A stretch of 62,988 bases of DNA, filler included. It is 3 parts of 3 records of this genome, joined end to end, with 100 filler letters (N's around TTAATTAATTAA, not from the genome) between each part and the next. Parts side by side here need not be neighbours in the genome. Positions count along the whole stretch, not along the records: positions 1 to 26,805 come from SRR22947727_5745; 2 more parts are not named here. One strand, given 5' to 3'. Made by a program: the position numbers and the translations under genes. Shown here one piece after another: positions 1 to 12,544 of this stretch (position 1 is its first letter; every line of letters begins with the position of its first letter). The notes beneath the pieces are model-generated. The model saw only the letters and a list, made by a program, of their open reading frames with translations, was not told where the DNA came from and searched no databases.

Positions 1-30
1 GCAAAGGCCATTGCTGGTAAGAAGAAATAG
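1..30 (+). CDS. rpsM: 30S ribosomal protein S13, C-terminal fragment (runs off window start)
   Basis: Frame 1 reads AKAIAGKKK*, the typical S13 C-terminus, 10 nt upstream of rpsK. Confidence 0.9.
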   Translation, partial: AKAIAGKKK

Positions 31-40
31 GTAGGATAAA

Positions 41-430
41 ATGGCAAAAGAACCGGGTCGTGTCCGCCGCGCGGACAAAAAGAACATAACATCGGGTGTT
101 GCCCATGTTAATTCGACATTTAATAATACAATGATTACAATCACAGATGCTCAAGGTAACTCAGTAGCATGGTGTTCTGCTGGTGCAATGGGTTTTAAGG
201 GTTCAAGAAAATCTACACCTTATGCAGCTCAAGTTGCTGCCGAAGAGGCTGCGCGAAAAGCAGCAGAACATGGAATGAATACATTGGAAGTTAACGTAAA
301 TGGACCTGGTTCAGGCCGTGAAAGCGCAGTCAGGGCACTTCAGGCCGCAGGTTTTACAATCACAACAATTCGAGATGTAACACCGATACCACATAACGGT
401 TGTCGTCCACCAAAACGTCGCCGAGTATAA
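41..430 (+). CDS. rpsK: 30S ribosomal protein S11
   Basis: [29 protein letters not shown] and [18 protein letters not shown] motifs. Confidence 0.99.
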   Translation: MAKEPGRVRRADKKNITSGVAHVNSTFNNTMITITDAQGNSVAWCSAGAMGFKGSRKSTPYAAQVAAEEAARKAAEHGMNTLEVNVNGPGSGRESAVRALQAAGFTITTIRDVTPIPHNGCRPPKRRRV

Positions 431-497
431 TAAACCCAATAACGGGATTTTTTTGTAGCGTTAACTGCGCTACGCATTAGCATTAAGAGGTCACACT

Positions 498-1514
498 GTG
501 ATTGAAAAAAATTGGCAAGAACTTATCCGTCCGATCAACCCAGAGATTGAGCCGAGTCGCGATCCAGAAAGAAAAGCTGTTGTAACTGCTGAGCCCCTGG
601 AGCGGGGTTTTGGTATGACTTTAGGTAACGCACTAAGAAGAGTGTTACTTTCATCACTTCAGGGCTCTGCTGTTTCTGCGGTGCAGATTGATGGTGTAGT
701 GCATGAATTTACATCTATTCCAAACGTTATGGAAGATGTTACTAATGTTGTTTTGAATCTCAAGGGTCTTGCCGTAAGAATGCACGCTGAAGGACCTAAG
801 AAGCTTTTATTACGTAAATCAGGGGCAGGACCTGTTACAGGCGCAGACATTGAAGAAACGGCTGATGTTGAAATTTTAAATAAAGATCATGTCATATGCA
901 ATGCTGATGAAGGCGCCGACATACGAATGGAACTTACAGTAACAACTGGTAAAGGGTATGTACCTGCAGCCGAATCTCGACCAGAGGATGCTCCAATAGG
1001 ATTAATTTCCATTGATGCACTATACTCGCCTGTAAAAAGAGTTGCGTACCGTGTTGAGGATACACGTGAAGGTCAAGTTCTAGATTACGATAAGCTAATC
1101 ATTGATATAGAAACCAACGCTGCTGTTACACCGGAGGATGCAGTAGCAGTAGCAGCTCGTATATTGCAAGATCAATTCCAAGTCTTCGTTAACTTTGATG
1201 ATCCTGAGGATGTTGGCCGCGGGGAAGAAAAACCCGAACTGGACTTCAACCCAGCTCTTCTTCGCAAAGTTGATGAACTTGAGTTATCAGTTCGTTCAGC
1301 TAATTGTCTCAAAAATGATAATATAGTATATATCGGTGATTTAATCCAGAAGTCAGAATCAGAAATGCTTAGGACCCCTAATTTTGGTAGAAAGTCATTA
1401 AATGAGATTAAGGAAGTTCTTGCTGCAATGGGTCTTCATCTAGGTATGGATGCGCCTAACTGGCCGCCAGAGAATATCGAAGAGTTAGCAAAAAAATACG
1501 ATGATCACATATAA
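498..1514 (+). CDS. rpoA: DNA-directed RNA polymerase subunit alpha
   Basis: [22 protein letters not shown]; alpha-[14 protein letters not shown]...[14 protein letters not shown] start after AAGAGG; canonical rpsK-rpoA-rplQ order. Confidence 0.99.
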   Translation: MIEKNWQELIRPINPEIEPSRDPERKAVVTAEPLERGFGMTLGNALRRVLLSSLQGSAVSAVQIDGVVHEFTSIPNVMEDVTNVVLNLKGLAVRMHAEGPKKLLLRKSGAGPVTGADIEETADVEILNKDHVICNADEGADIRMELTVTTGKGYVPAAESRPEDAPIGLISIDALYSPVKRVAYRVEDTREGQVLDYDKLIIDIETNAAVTPEDAVAVAARILQDQFQVFVNFDDPEDVGRGEEKPELDFNPALLRKVDELELSVRSANCLKNDNIVYIGDLIQKSESEMLRTPNFGRKSLNEIKEVLAAMGLHLGMDAPNWPPENIEELAKKYDDHI

Positions 1515-1544
1515 GCTTGCATTGTAAAATAAAAGGATAATATC

Positions 1545-1955
1545 ATGCGTCATAAAATGGCACATCGAAAGCTCAACAGAACTGCATCTCACCGTAAAGC
1601 TATGTTTGCAAATATGGCTTCCAGCTTGATAGAGCATGAGCAGATAGTTACTACTTTACCAAAAGCCAAGGAGTTAAGACCCATAGTTGAAAAACTTGTA
1701 ACGCTTGCAAAAAAAGGTGATTTAAATAGTCGTAGAATTGCTATCGCTAGAACTAGAAATAGAGACATGTCAAAAAAACTTTTTGATGTTCTTGGTCCTC
1801 GTTATAAAGAGAGACAAGGTGGTTATATCCGTATTATGAAAGCTGGTTTCAGATTCGGGGATAACGCCCCGATGGCCGTTATTGAATTTGTTGATCGAGA
1901 TGAAAGTGCTAAAGGTGCTATTGATCATGAGAAAAAAGAAACAACTGAAGTATAA
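1545..1955 (+). CDS. rplQ: 50S ribosomal protein L17
   Basis: MRHK...[33 protein letters not shown] motifs. Confidence 0.99.
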   Translation: MRHKMAHRKLNRTASHRKAMFANMASSLIEHEQIVTTLPKAKELRPIVEKLVTLAKKGDLNSRRIAIARTRNRDMSKKLFDVLGPRYKERQGGYIRIMKAGFRFGDNAPMAVIEFVDRDESAKGAIDHEKKETTEV

Positions 1956-1975
1956 AATTAGTTTAAATTTTTAAA

Positions 1976-2004
1976 CTACCCGTCTTTATGGCGGGTTTTT
2001 TTTT
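1976..2004 (+). terminator. Rho-independent terminator of the alpha operon
   Basis: ACCCGTC-TTTAT-GGCGGGT stem (one G.U pair) followed by a long T run just after the rplQ stop. Confidence 0.85.
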
Positions 2005-2089
2005 GACTAAAAAATGATAAAGTGCAGACAAGCTATAGATATATGAACTAAAGAGTGTAAGAATATTAATTCAAACAAGGAGATATTTT

Positions 2090-2548
2090 GTGGTTAAATT
2101 AATAGTCAATGGACAAAATCATGAAATTAATATTAACCCAGACACCCCACTCCTCTGGGTTTTAAGAGAGAAACTAGGATTAATAGGCACAAAATTTGGC
2201 TGTGGTTCATCTTTATGTGGCGCGTGCACAATTCATATTGATGGAAAGCCAATCCGTTCATGTGTCACGCCAGTATCAAATATAGAAGGCAAGAGTGTAA
2301 CTACGATTGAGGGTTTAGCAGATGCTGAAGGCTCTCTTCATCCAGTTCAAGAAGCTTGGATAGAACATCAGGTACCTCAATGCGGGTATTGTCAATCTGG
2401 TCAAATTATGTCTGCTATCGCATTGCTAGAAAGGAACCCTAATCCTTCAGATGATGATATTGATACATCTATGCGTGGCAATATTTGCCGCTGCGGAATG
2501 TATGGACGAATAAAGGCTGCTATCAAATCAGCGGCAAAGAAAGTTTAG
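2090..2548 (+). CDS. (2Fe-2S)-binding small subunit of a molybdenum hydroxylase (IorA/aldehyde oxidoreductase alpha-like)
   Basis: [15 protein letters not shown]...SC and [10 protein letters not shown]...NICRCG dual 2Fe-2S motifs; AAGGAG SD before GTG. Confidence 0.95.
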   Translation: MVKLIVNGQNHEININPDTPLLWVLREKLGLIGTKFGCGSSLCGACTIHIDGKPIRSCVTPVSNIEGKSVTTIEGLADAEGSLHPVQEAWIEHQVPQCGYCQSGQIMSAIALLERNPNPSDDDIDTSMRGNICRCGMYGRIKAAIKSAAKKV

Positions 2549-2556
2549 GTAATTAA

Positions 2557-4821
2557 ATGACTAAGCCAAATAAAAAAAATGCAACCAAGAAAATTGAGGA
2601 AATTAATAGATCTTCATTAAAAGTATGGTCACGTCGAGGATTTATTGGAGCTGGTGCAATTGCAGGTATAACCGCAGGGGGCGCCTTAATGGTCGGCATT
2701 GCTATTCGTCCAGGCGACCGTACTGAAGATTTATCAGCGTATGTCACTAATGGAGATGAACAACTTATAACTACATGGGTAAAAATAGCCTCTGATAACA
2801 CTGTTACAGCGATTATTCCTCATGGTGAAATGGGGCAGGGGGTTCATACTGCTCTATCAGCCATGCTTGCTGAAGAAATGGAAGCAGATTGGGATGCTAT
2901 GAAAATTATAGAAGCCCCAGCTGAAAAAGATTATGCTAATTTTGCTTTAGCAAGAGAGTTTATATTTGGTTCAGCTAATGTGCCTACGGTGTTATTTGAT
3001 ACAGTTAATGGTGCTATGCTTGCTGCGGCCAAGTCGATGAATATGCAAATCACCGGTGGATCAACTTCGGTAAGATTTACAGGGACAGGTGCAATGTTAA
3101 CTGCCGGTGCAGCCGCAAAAGAGTTATTATTAAGTGCCGCTTCAAAACAATGGAGTGTATCAATTTCAGAATTGCGTGCAGAGAAAGGCTTTATCTATCA
3201 TAATGATAAAAAAGCCCCTTTTTCAGAGTTCGCTGAGATTGCAGCAACTTTAAAGCCAAATTTAAAACCAAAACTAAAAAAACGAAATGAATATCAGTTG
3301 ATTGGCAAGTCTCTTCCAAGGGTTGATATTCCCTCAAAGGTAGACGGAACAGCCATTTTTGGGATTGATGCTACAGTTAGTGGTATGAAATATGGAACTG
3401 TTAAAGCCGCACCTGTTCATGGTCAAAAAGTAAAGGTAATGGATGCCTCTCTGGCTAAAAAAATGCCAGGCGTTTATGGTATTTATAATATGGAAGACTA
3501 CATAGCTGTAGTAGCAGATGGTTATTGGCAAGCCAAAAATGCATTGGATGTAATTGATGTAACGTGGACAAACAATGAAATCAAAAATATTGATGATGGA
3601 ATTATTTTTGAACAATATAGGACTGCTATCAAAACCCGTAAGGGAAAAACACTTCATAAATCAGGGAATACAAAAAAATTAATAAATGAATCTGCTTCAT
3701 TTTATGAGGCTGAATATACTGTTCCATTTCTGGCGCATGCATGTATGGAACCTATGAATGCAACTGCGTGGTATCGAGATGGAAAATGTGATATTTGGGC
3801 TGGTACTCAAAACCCACTGGGTACGCGGCAGGTAACTGCAGATACTCTTGATATCGACATTGATAGCGTAACAGTACACACAGCCTTTATGGGAGGAGGC
3901 TTTGGTCGACGGGCGAACCCAGATTATACAAATCAAGCTGCTCAAATTTCAAAAAAGTCAGGTGTGCCAGTTAAGTTAATATGGTCCAGAGAAGAAACGA
4001 CCCAACAAGATTTTTACCGGCCGTCAGCTTTAGGGTGTTTTAAAGCAGGTTTAGACGTTAATGGAATTCCAGTCGCTTGGGAAAGTAAGTTTGTACATGA
4101 TATGGACCCGCCTGAAGCTAGTGCGGTTATTTACGATATACCTAATGTAAAAGCCCAATACATGGAGAGCCCTTCTCATATACGGGTTGGTGCTTGGCGT
4201 TCAGTCGATCATACCCAGCATGGGTACTTTACAGAATCTTTTATTGACGAGTTAGCTTCTAATGCTGGTATTGATAGTTACGAGTTTAGACGAAGACTTT
4301 TAAAAACTAAACCTCGGCATTTAAATGTTCTTGATACGGCAGCAAAAATGGCTGGTTGGGGAAAAGCTCTGCCAGATGGCCATGCGCAAGGAATAGCAAT
4401 TGTTGAAAGTTTTATGAGTATTGTGGCTCAGGTTGTCACGGTAGACATTAGTAGTGGAGTGCCGCGAGTTGTAAATGTAGCTTGTGCTGCAGATGCAGGA
4501 ATGGCGATTAATCCAAATGGTTTCATTGCTCAAATGGAAAGTGGTATTATATTTGGTTTATCGGCTGCTCTTTATGGGGAAATAACGATTAGTAATGGTT
4601 TGGTAGATCAAAGTAATTTTTATGATTATAGAATGGTTAGAATGGATGACGCTCCAAGTATTGATGTTGAGATAATTACATCAGATAATCGTATTGGTGG
4701 GGCGGGTGAACCAGGAACCCCTCCCATTGCTCCCGCTTTAGTTAATGCTATTTATAAGGCTTCAGGTCAAAGAGTAAGAAATTTGCCAATAGGCAATCAA
4801 AAATTTAGCGTTAAAACTTAA
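2557..4821 (+). CDS. Molybdopterin-binding large subunit, xanthine oxidase family (IorB-like), with twin-arginine signal
   Basis: SRRGFI Tat motif plus hydrophobic stretch; EMGQGVHT, TGGSTS, HACMEPMN, GGGFGRR, WRSV, GAGEPG motifs. Confidence 0.93.
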   Translation: MTKPNKKNATKKIEEINRSSLKVWSRRGFIGAGAIAGITAGGALMVGIAIRPGDRTEDLSAYVTNGDEQLITTWVKIASDNTVTAIIPHGEMGQGVHTALSAMLAEEMEADWDAMKIIEAPAEKDYANFALAREFIFGSANVPTVLFDTVNGAMLAAAKSMNMQITGGSTSVRFTGTGAMLTAGAAAKELLLSAASKQWSVSISELRAEKGFIYHNDKKAPFSEFAEIAATLKPNLKPKLKKRNEYQLIGKSLPRVDIPSKVDGTAIFGIDATVSGMKYGTVKAAPVHGQKVKVMDASLAKKMPGVYGIYNMEDYIAVVADGYWQAKNALDVIDVTWTNNEIKNIDDGIIFEQYRTAIKTRKGKTLHKSGNTKKLINESASFYEAEYTVPFLAHACMEPMNATAWYRDGKCDIWAGTQNPLGTRQVTADTLDIDIDSVTVHTAFMGGGFGRRANPDYTNQAAQISKKSGVPVKLIWSREETTQQDFYRPSALGCFKAGLDVNGIPVAWESKFVHDMDPPEASAVIYDIPNVKAQYMESPSHIRVGAWRSVDHTQHGYFTESFIDELASNAGIDSYEFRRRLLKTKPRHLNVLDTAAKMAGWGKALPDGHAQGIAIVESFMSIVAQVVTVDISSGVPRVVNVACAADAGMAINPNGFIAQMESGIIFGLSAALYGEITISNGLVDQSNFYDYRMVRMDDAPSIDVEIITSDNRIGGAGEPGTPPIAPALVNAIYKASGQRVRNLPIGNQKFSVKT

Positions 4822-4861
4822 ATTTATAGATAGTTTAAACTTTATCTTACTGAGGTGATAA

Positions 4862-5122
4862 ATGGAAATTCAATCTAAAAAACAAAGGCTTTATTGGAAA
4901 TCTGTTCGGCTATTTACTGCTGTTTTACTTGTTGTGTGGTTTTTAGCATCATTTGGAGCGGGTATTATCTTTCGTGAATTTCTAGATCAATATTATATAG
5001 GCGGCGCACCGCTAGGCTTTTGGTTTGCGCAACAAGGTGCAATTTATGTTTTTCTAATAATTATAATTATTTACTGTCTAGGTATGAGTCACCTAGAAAA
5101 AAAATATGATTTCACTAATTAG
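4862..5122 (+). CDS. DUF4212 small membrane subunit of solute:sodium symporter
   Basis: YW...LLVVWF...GAPLGFWFAQQGAI signature, 2 TM helices, directly upstream of an SSS gene. Confidence 0.9.
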   Translation: MEIQSKKQRLYWKSVRLFTAVLLVVWFLASFGAGIIFREFLDQYYIGGAPLGFWFAQQGAIYVFLIIIIIYCLGMSHLEKKYDFTN

Positions 5123-5125
5123 AAA

Positions 5126-6877
5126 ATGAGTGAACAATTTTGGACATACCTTTTTGTTGGCCTAACATTTGGAGTTTATGTTTCTATAGCCTTGTGGGCG
5201 CGGGCTAGTTCTACAAAAGAATTTTACGTTGCCGGGCATGATGTACCGCCGATTTTAAATGGCATGGCAACCGCTGCTGACTGGATGTCCGCCGCTAGTT
5301 TTTTATCAATGGCAGGGTTAATTGCTTTTTTAGGTTATGGCGGATCAGTTTACCTAATGGGATGGACAGGGGGGTATGTATTACTTGCGCTTTTGCTAGC
5401 CCCATTTTTAAGGGAGTTTGGTAAATTTACTGTCCCAGATTTTGTTGGTGAAAGATATTATTCAAAAATAGCTAGGGTAATAGCAGTTATTTGCGCATTG
5501 ATGGTTTCATTTACATATATCGCAGGCCAAATGAAGGGAGTGGGAGTTGCCTTTTCTTCCTTCCTCGGGGTTTCTTTTAATGCGGGGATATTTATTGGAG
5601 GCTTTATAGTTTTTATTTATGCTGTTCTTGGTGGAATGAAGGGAGTCACTTATACGCAAGTTGCTCAATATGTTGTTTTAATTTTTGCTTATACTGTTCC
5701 AGCTATTTTTATCTCGATTATAGTAACAAACAATCCAATCCCCCAGCTAGGTTTCATAGGTAACATTGCTGGCAGTGATATAGCTATGCTAACCAAACTA
5801 AATACTGTTGTTACAGATTTAGGATTTAAAGAATATACATCTACTACTAAAAGTGATGTTGATATATTCTGCATTACTGCAGCTTTGATGTTTGGTACAG
5901 CAGGTTTACCTCATGTAATTATTCGTTTCTTTACTGTAAGTTCTGCCAAAGCCGCCCGAAAGTCGGCTGGATGGGCGCTTATGTTTATAGCTCTACTTTA
6001 TACCGTTGCTCCTGCAGTTGGAGCATTTGCTAGAATGAACTTTATAGATACTGTTAATGAGGCTACTTACATTGAAAACAATGAAGATTTTGAAGACCGT
6101 ACTGCTGAGATTTTATCAAAGGGAGAAAAACCTATTCCCAAATGGTACAAGGATTGGGAGAAAACTGGTCTCTTAGATTATAATGACTTAAACCAAGACG
6201 GAATCATACAATACCGTGGACCAGACTCTAAGGATAATATTGAAAACGAAATTGTGCCAAATCGTGATATATTTGTGTTAGCTAACCCACAAATCGCTAA
6301 TTTGCCTAATTGGGTTATAGGGTTGGTTGTAGCTGGAGGTTTAGCGGCTGCATTGTCGACAGCTGCGGGTCTGCTGATGGTAATTAGTTCTGCTATTAGT
6401 CATGATTTAATGAAAAAAACATTATATCCAAATATGTCTGAGCACACAGAATTAGGTATTGCTCGTACTTCCGCTTTTATAGCTGTAGTTGTATCTTCAT
6501 TTATAGGTGCTTTTGCATCTTCTCTTCCTTTTGTTGCACAGGTTGTTGCTTTTGCTTTTGGCATAGCTGCTGCTTCACTTTTTCCAGTTATTTTTCTTGG
6601 AATATTTTGGAAAAGAATGAATAAAGAAGCGGCAATTGCATCTATGTTAACTGGGTTAGTTACAACCGTTATCTATATATGCTATTTTAAATTTATGGGC
6701 GGTGTGGAGGCTGACTGGTGGTTTGGTGTTTCGCCAGAGGGTATAGGGTTTATATTTATGTTAGTTGCAATCGTAACTGGCGTTATTGTAGCATTGATAT
6801 CCCCACCACCACCAATTGAGGTTCAAAAATTAGTTGAGGATATACGAATTCCAGGTCAAAAAGGGAACTTAAGATGA
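5126..6877 (+). CDS. Sodium:solute symporter, ActP/VC_2705-like (probable acetate/monocarboxylate permease)
   Basis: [58 protein letters not shown]; adjacent to acs. Confidence 0.9.
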   Translation: MSEQFWTYLFVGLTFGVYVSIALWARASSTKEFYVAGHDVPPILNGMATAADWMSAASFLSMAGLIAFLGYGGSVYLMGWTGGYVLLALLLAPFLREFGKFTVPDFVGERYYSKIARVIAVICALMVSFTYIAGQMKGVGVAFSSFLGVSFNAGIFIGGFIVFIYAVLGGMKGVTYTQVAQYVVLIFAYTVPAIFISIIVTNNPIPQLGFIGNIAGSDIAMLTKLNTVVTDLGFKEYTSTTKSDVDIFCITAALMFGTAGLPHVIIRFFTVSSAKAARKSAGWALMFIALLYTVAPAVGAFARMNFIDTVNEATYIENNEDFEDRTAEILSKGEKPIPKWYKDWEKTGLLDYNDLNQDGIIQYRGPDSKDNIENEIVPNRDIFVLANPQIANLPNWVIGLVVAGGLAAALSTAAGLLMVISSAISHDLMKKTLYPNMSEHTELGIARTSAFIAVVVSSFIGAFASSLPFVAQVVAFAFGIAAASLFPVIFLGIFWKRMNKEAAIASMLTGLVTTVIYICYFKFMGGVEADWWFGVSPEGIGFIFMLVAIVTGVIVALISPPPPIEVQKLVEDIRIPGQKGNLR

Positions 6878-8820
6878 CTGAAGATGTTAAAATTTATAAA
6901 CCTTCAGAAAGTTTTGTCAAAGCTGCTAACCTTACTAAAGATAAATATAATGCTATGTATGCATCATCTTTAAACAATCCTGAAAAGTTTTGGGGAAAGC
7001 ATGGAAAAAGACTTAAGTGGATAACTGAGTACACGAAAGTAAAAAATGTTAGCTGGAAAAAAGAAGATTTACATATTGAGTGGTTTTCAGATGGCACCTT
7101 AAATGTATCTGAAAATTGCATTGATAGACACCTTGATAAACGCGGAGATAAAGTAGCTATTATTTGGGAGGCAGACGAGCCCAACCAATCAATAAAGTTA
7201 ACTTATAATCAGTTATATATTGAAGTATGTAAATTCTCTAATGTTTTAAAAAACAATGGAGTACATAAAGGTGACCGGGTCACAATTTACATGCCTATGA
7301 TACCAGAAGCTGCTATAGCTATGTTAGCCTGTGCTAGAATAGGGGCCGTACATAGTGTTGTTTTTGCAGGATTTAGTCCAGAAGCTTTAGCAGGTCGAAT
7401 AAAGGATTGTGGTAGCTCTTTTGTGATAACAGCCGATGAGGGGTTAAGAGGTAGTAAAAATATTCCCCTCAAAGCTAATTGCAATGCTGCATGCGATATT
7501 GCAGGTATAGTCAAAAAAGTACTGACAATAAAACGAACTGGAAAAACAATTGAGATGCTTGAAGGCAGAGATATTTGGCTTCATGATGAGCTAGAGGGTG
7601 TTTCAGACTTCTGTTCGCCTGAGCCTATGAATTCTGAGGACCCACTTTTTATACTTTATACTTCTGGCTCTACGGGAGCACCAAAAGGTGTTTTGCACAC
7701 TTGTGGCGGTTACTTGGTTTGGGCTTCCATGACACATGAATATGTTTTTGATATAAAAGAAACCGATGTTTATTGGTGTAGCGCAGATATAGGTTGGGTT
7801 ACTGGCCATACTTATATTATTTATGGCCCTCTGGCTAATGGTACAACTTCAGTTATGTATGAAGGTGTTCCAACTTATCCTAACCCATCACGTTTTTGGA
7901 ATATATGTGATAAATATAATGTAAGTATTTTTTACACTGCGCCAACCGCAATTCGTTCTTTAATGCGTGAGGGTTCCGGCCCAGTTAAGGCGACTTCTAG
8001 AAAAAGTTTACGCTTATTAGGAACTGTTGGTGAGCCTATTAATCCCGAAGCCTGGGAGTGGTACTATCGTACTGTAGGTGATAGCAGGTGTCCAATAGTT
8101 GACACTTGGTGGCAAACAGAAACAGGCGGAGCAATGATAGTTCCACTTCCTGGTGCTACTGATATGAAGCCTGGTGCTGGTGGACATCCCTTTTTTGGCA
8201 TTCTTCCTGCTTTAGTTGATGCATACGGAAATGAATTAGAGGGTGAGGCTGATGGTAATCTTATTATAAAATCAAGTTGGCCAGGGCAGATGCGTACTGT
8301 TTATGGTAATCATAATAGATTCGTAGATACTTATTTTTCAGCTTATCCAAATACTTACTTTACAGGTGATGGTTGTCGAAGAGATAAAGACGGATTCTAT
8401 TGGATAACTGGCCGTGTGGATGATGTAATCAATGTGTCTGGCCACAGAATGGGAACTGCTGAAATAGAAAGTGCTTTGGTGAGTCATAATTTAATATCTG
8501 AGGCTGCTGTGGTAGGGTACCCTCACGATATAAAAGGGCAAGGTATCTATGCATATGTTACATTAAACGCGAATGCAGAGATTACTAATCATTTAAAAAA
8601 AGAATTAATTCAGCATGTTAGATCAGAAATTGGACCTATTGCCTCTCCTGACTTTATTCAGTTTTCTAAAAGTCTTCCAAAAACTCGCTCAGGTAAAATA
8701 ATGCGGCGTATTTTAAGAAAAATAGCCGAAGATAATTTCGATAACTTAGGTGATGTTTCTACGTTATCTGAGCCCGAAGTTATTGATGAGTTGATAAATA
8801 ATAGGCAAAATCGAAAATGA
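6874..8820 (+). CDS. acs: Acetyl-CoA synthetase (AMP-forming)
   Basis: [45 protein letters not shown]. Confidence 0.98.
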   Translation: MTEDVKIYKPSESFVKAANLTKDKYNAMYASSLNNPEKFWGKHGKRLKWITEYTKVKNVSWKKEDLHIEWFSDGTLNVSENCIDRHLDKRGDKVAIIWEADEPNQSIKLTYNQLYIEVCKFSNVLKNNGVHKGDRVTIYMPMIPEAAIAMLACARIGAVHSVVFAGFSPEALAGRIKDCGSSFVITADEGLRGSKNIPLKANCNAACDIAGIVKKVLTIKRTGKTIEMLEGRDIWLHDELEGVSDFCSPEPMNSEDPLFILYTSGSTGAPKGVLHTCGGYLVWASMTHEYVFDIKETDVYWCSADIGWVTGHTYIIYGPLANGTTSVMYEGVPTYPNPSRFWNICDKYNVSIFYTAPTAIRSLMREGSGPVKATSRKSLRLLGTVGEPINPEAWEWYYRTVGDSRCPIVDTWWQTETGGAMIVPLPGATDMKPGAGGHPFFGILPALVDAYGNELEGEADGNLIIKSSWPGQMRTVYGNHNRFVDTYFSAYPNTYFTGDGCRRDKDGFYWITGRVDDVINVSGHRMGTAEIESALVSHNLISEAAVVGYPHDIKGQGIYAYVTLNANAEITNHLKKELIQHVRSEIGPIASPDFIQFSKSLPKTRSGKIMRRILRKIAEDNFDNLGDVSTLSEPEVIDELINNRQNRK

Positions 8821-10040
8821 TAAAAAATTGTGTTGTCATAGGTGCCTCTCATGCTGGATCTCAATTTGCTTTTAGTCTCAGGCAAGGAGGTTGGAAAGGT
8901 GATATAACTATTATCGGTGAAGAATTTGATTACCCTTATCACCGGCCACCACTTTCTAAAGCTTTCCTTTCTGGTGAGAAAAAAATACAAGATATACTTT
9001 TGCGACCGGCAGAGCTTTATGAAAAATCAGGAATTAATATTAGACTTGGAGAGCGAGTTAAAAGCATAGACCGCTCCAATAAATCTATAACCACTGAAGA
9101 CAATAATGTTATTTATTATCACAAACTGGTTATTGCAACAGGTGCGCGCGTTCGTGAAATTCCTATTCCTGGCTCTGAAATAGAAGGTGTATGTTATTTA
9201 AGGAATGCTAGAGATGTTAATAATATTAAAAGCCAAGTGATTCCTGGTAAGCATGCAGTAATTATTGGTGGAGGTTATATTGGGTTGGAAACAGCAGCGA
9301 GTTTACGCAAGCAAGGCATGGAGGTTACAGTAATTGAAGCTATGTCACGTATTTTACAGCGGGTTACAGCGCCAGAACTATCAAACTTTTATAAACGCAT
9401 CCATCTTGAAGAGGGTGTCAAAATTTTTGAAGAAACGGTAGCCACTGAATTTAAAAGTATAGATGAAAAAATTAATGTTCTTACATCATGTGGGAAAAGT
9501 TTTCTGGGAGATATGGTTATAGTAGGTATAGGTGTTATTCCAAATGTTGAACTTGCAAATTCTGCTGGGCTTAAGGTTGAAAATGGAGTAGAGGTTAATG
9601 AATTCTGTCAAACATCAGACTCTGAAATTTACGCTATTGGAGATGTATCATGGCATTACAATAAAATATATGATCGATCTTTAAGGCTAGAATCAGTTCC
9701 CAATGCAACAGAACAAGCAAAAATTGCAGCACTACATATTAATAAAAAACCAAAAGCTTATAACAGTCTTCCATGGTTTTGGTCGGATCAGTATAACCTT
9801 AAGTTACAGATTGCGGGCTTATCAAATGGTTATAATGACATCGTCATAAGAGGTGACATAAATAAAAGCCGAAGTTTCTCAGCTTTTTATTTTAAAGATA
9901 ATAAGCTTTTAGCAGTTGATGCTGTGAATAGTCCGAGGGAATTTATGTTCACTAAAATGGTACTCACAAAAGAGCAAAAACTTAATAAAGAAATATTATC
10001 AGACATTTCATTAGACCTTAAATCAGCTATTATTAATTAA
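8817..10040 (+). CDS. FAD/NAD(P)H-dependent ferredoxin reductase (putidaredoxin-reductase-like)
   Basis: [46 protein letters not shown]. Confidence 0.92.
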   Translation: MIKNCVVIGASHAGSQFAFSLRQGGWKGDITIIGEEFDYPYHRPPLSKAFLSGEKKIQDILLRPAELYEKSGINIRLGERVKSIDRSNKSITTEDNNVIYYHKLVIATGARVREIPIPGSEIEGVCYLRNARDVNNIKSQVIPGKHAVIIGGGYIGLETAASLRKQGMEVTVIEAMSRILQRVTAPELSNFYKRIHLEEGVKIFEETVATEFKSIDEKINVLTSCGKSFLGDMVIVGIGVIPNVELANSAGLKVENGVEVNEFCQTSDSEIYAIGDVSWHYNKIYDRSLRLESVPNATEQAKIAALHINKKPKAYNSLPWFWSDQYNLKLQIAGLSNGYNDIVIRGDINKSRSFSAFYFKDNKLLAVDAVNSPREFMFTKMVLTKEQKLNKEILSDISLDLKSAIIN

Positions 10041-10072
10041 TGATTTAAATAAATAAATGACTAAGCACATAA

Positions 10073-11962
<1,890 letters not shown>

Positions 11963-12045
11963 GTATATCCTATGAATTTTATTAATATTATAACCTAAAT
12001 TTGATATTTGACGGATTATACAAAAAATAGATTTAAAATCATTGC

Positions 12046-12074
12046 TTGCAAATTACTTGTATCGCGGTCATAGG
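12046..12074 (+). promoter_or_regulatory. Candidate sigma70-type promoter for cspA (TTGCAA-17 nt-CATAGG)
   Basis: Hexamers at 12046-12051 and 12069-12074 with 17-nt spacing; pattern match only. Confidence 0.4.
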
Positions 12075-12211
12075 GAGGAAATCGATTATGGCCAGACAAT
12101 CCGGCTGACTAATTTTATAGGAAACTATAAAACAAATGTTTTTTCTTCCAAGTCGACTACCGTAGATACCATGCTGGTTTCTACAAAATTAAAGACGTGA
12201 AAGGAATACAC

Positions 12212-12433
12212 ATGTCAGACGAAATGAAAACTGGAACAGTTAAGTTCTTTAATACAACAAAGGGTTTTGGATTTATTCAACCTGAAGGCGGGGATACAGA
12301 TGTATTTGTTCATATTTCAGCCGTTCAGCGTTCAGGTCTAGACGGACTGAATGAAGGCGACAAAGTAGAATTTGATACTGCTGTTGATCAACGCTCAGGT
12401 AAAACTGCAGTTGATAACATAAAAATGGCTTAA
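12212..12433 (+). CDS. cspA: Cold-shock protein (CspA family)
   Basis: [15 protein letters not shown] (RNP1) and DVFVHISA (RNP2); ATG 12212 after AAGGA SD preferred over GTG 12197. Confidence 0.96.
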   Translation: MSDEMKTGTVKFFNTTKGFGFIQPEGGDTDVFVHISAVQRSGLDGLNEGDKVEFDTAVDQRSGKTAVDNIKMA

Positions 12434-12455
12434 GTTTTAAATTTTTCTAATTTTT

Positions 12456-12488
12456 AACCCTCGTGCCCAATGGCACGAGGGTTTTTTT
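12456..12488 (+). terminator. Rho-independent terminator after cspA
   Basis: Perfect 12-bp stem AACCCTCGTGCC-CAAT-GGCACGAGGGTT followed by a T run. Confidence 0.93.
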
Positions 12489-12544
12489 ATTAAATTTTAT
12501 ATATATAACCATAGACTTGGCAAAGGTAATTAAGAGGTAGGCTT

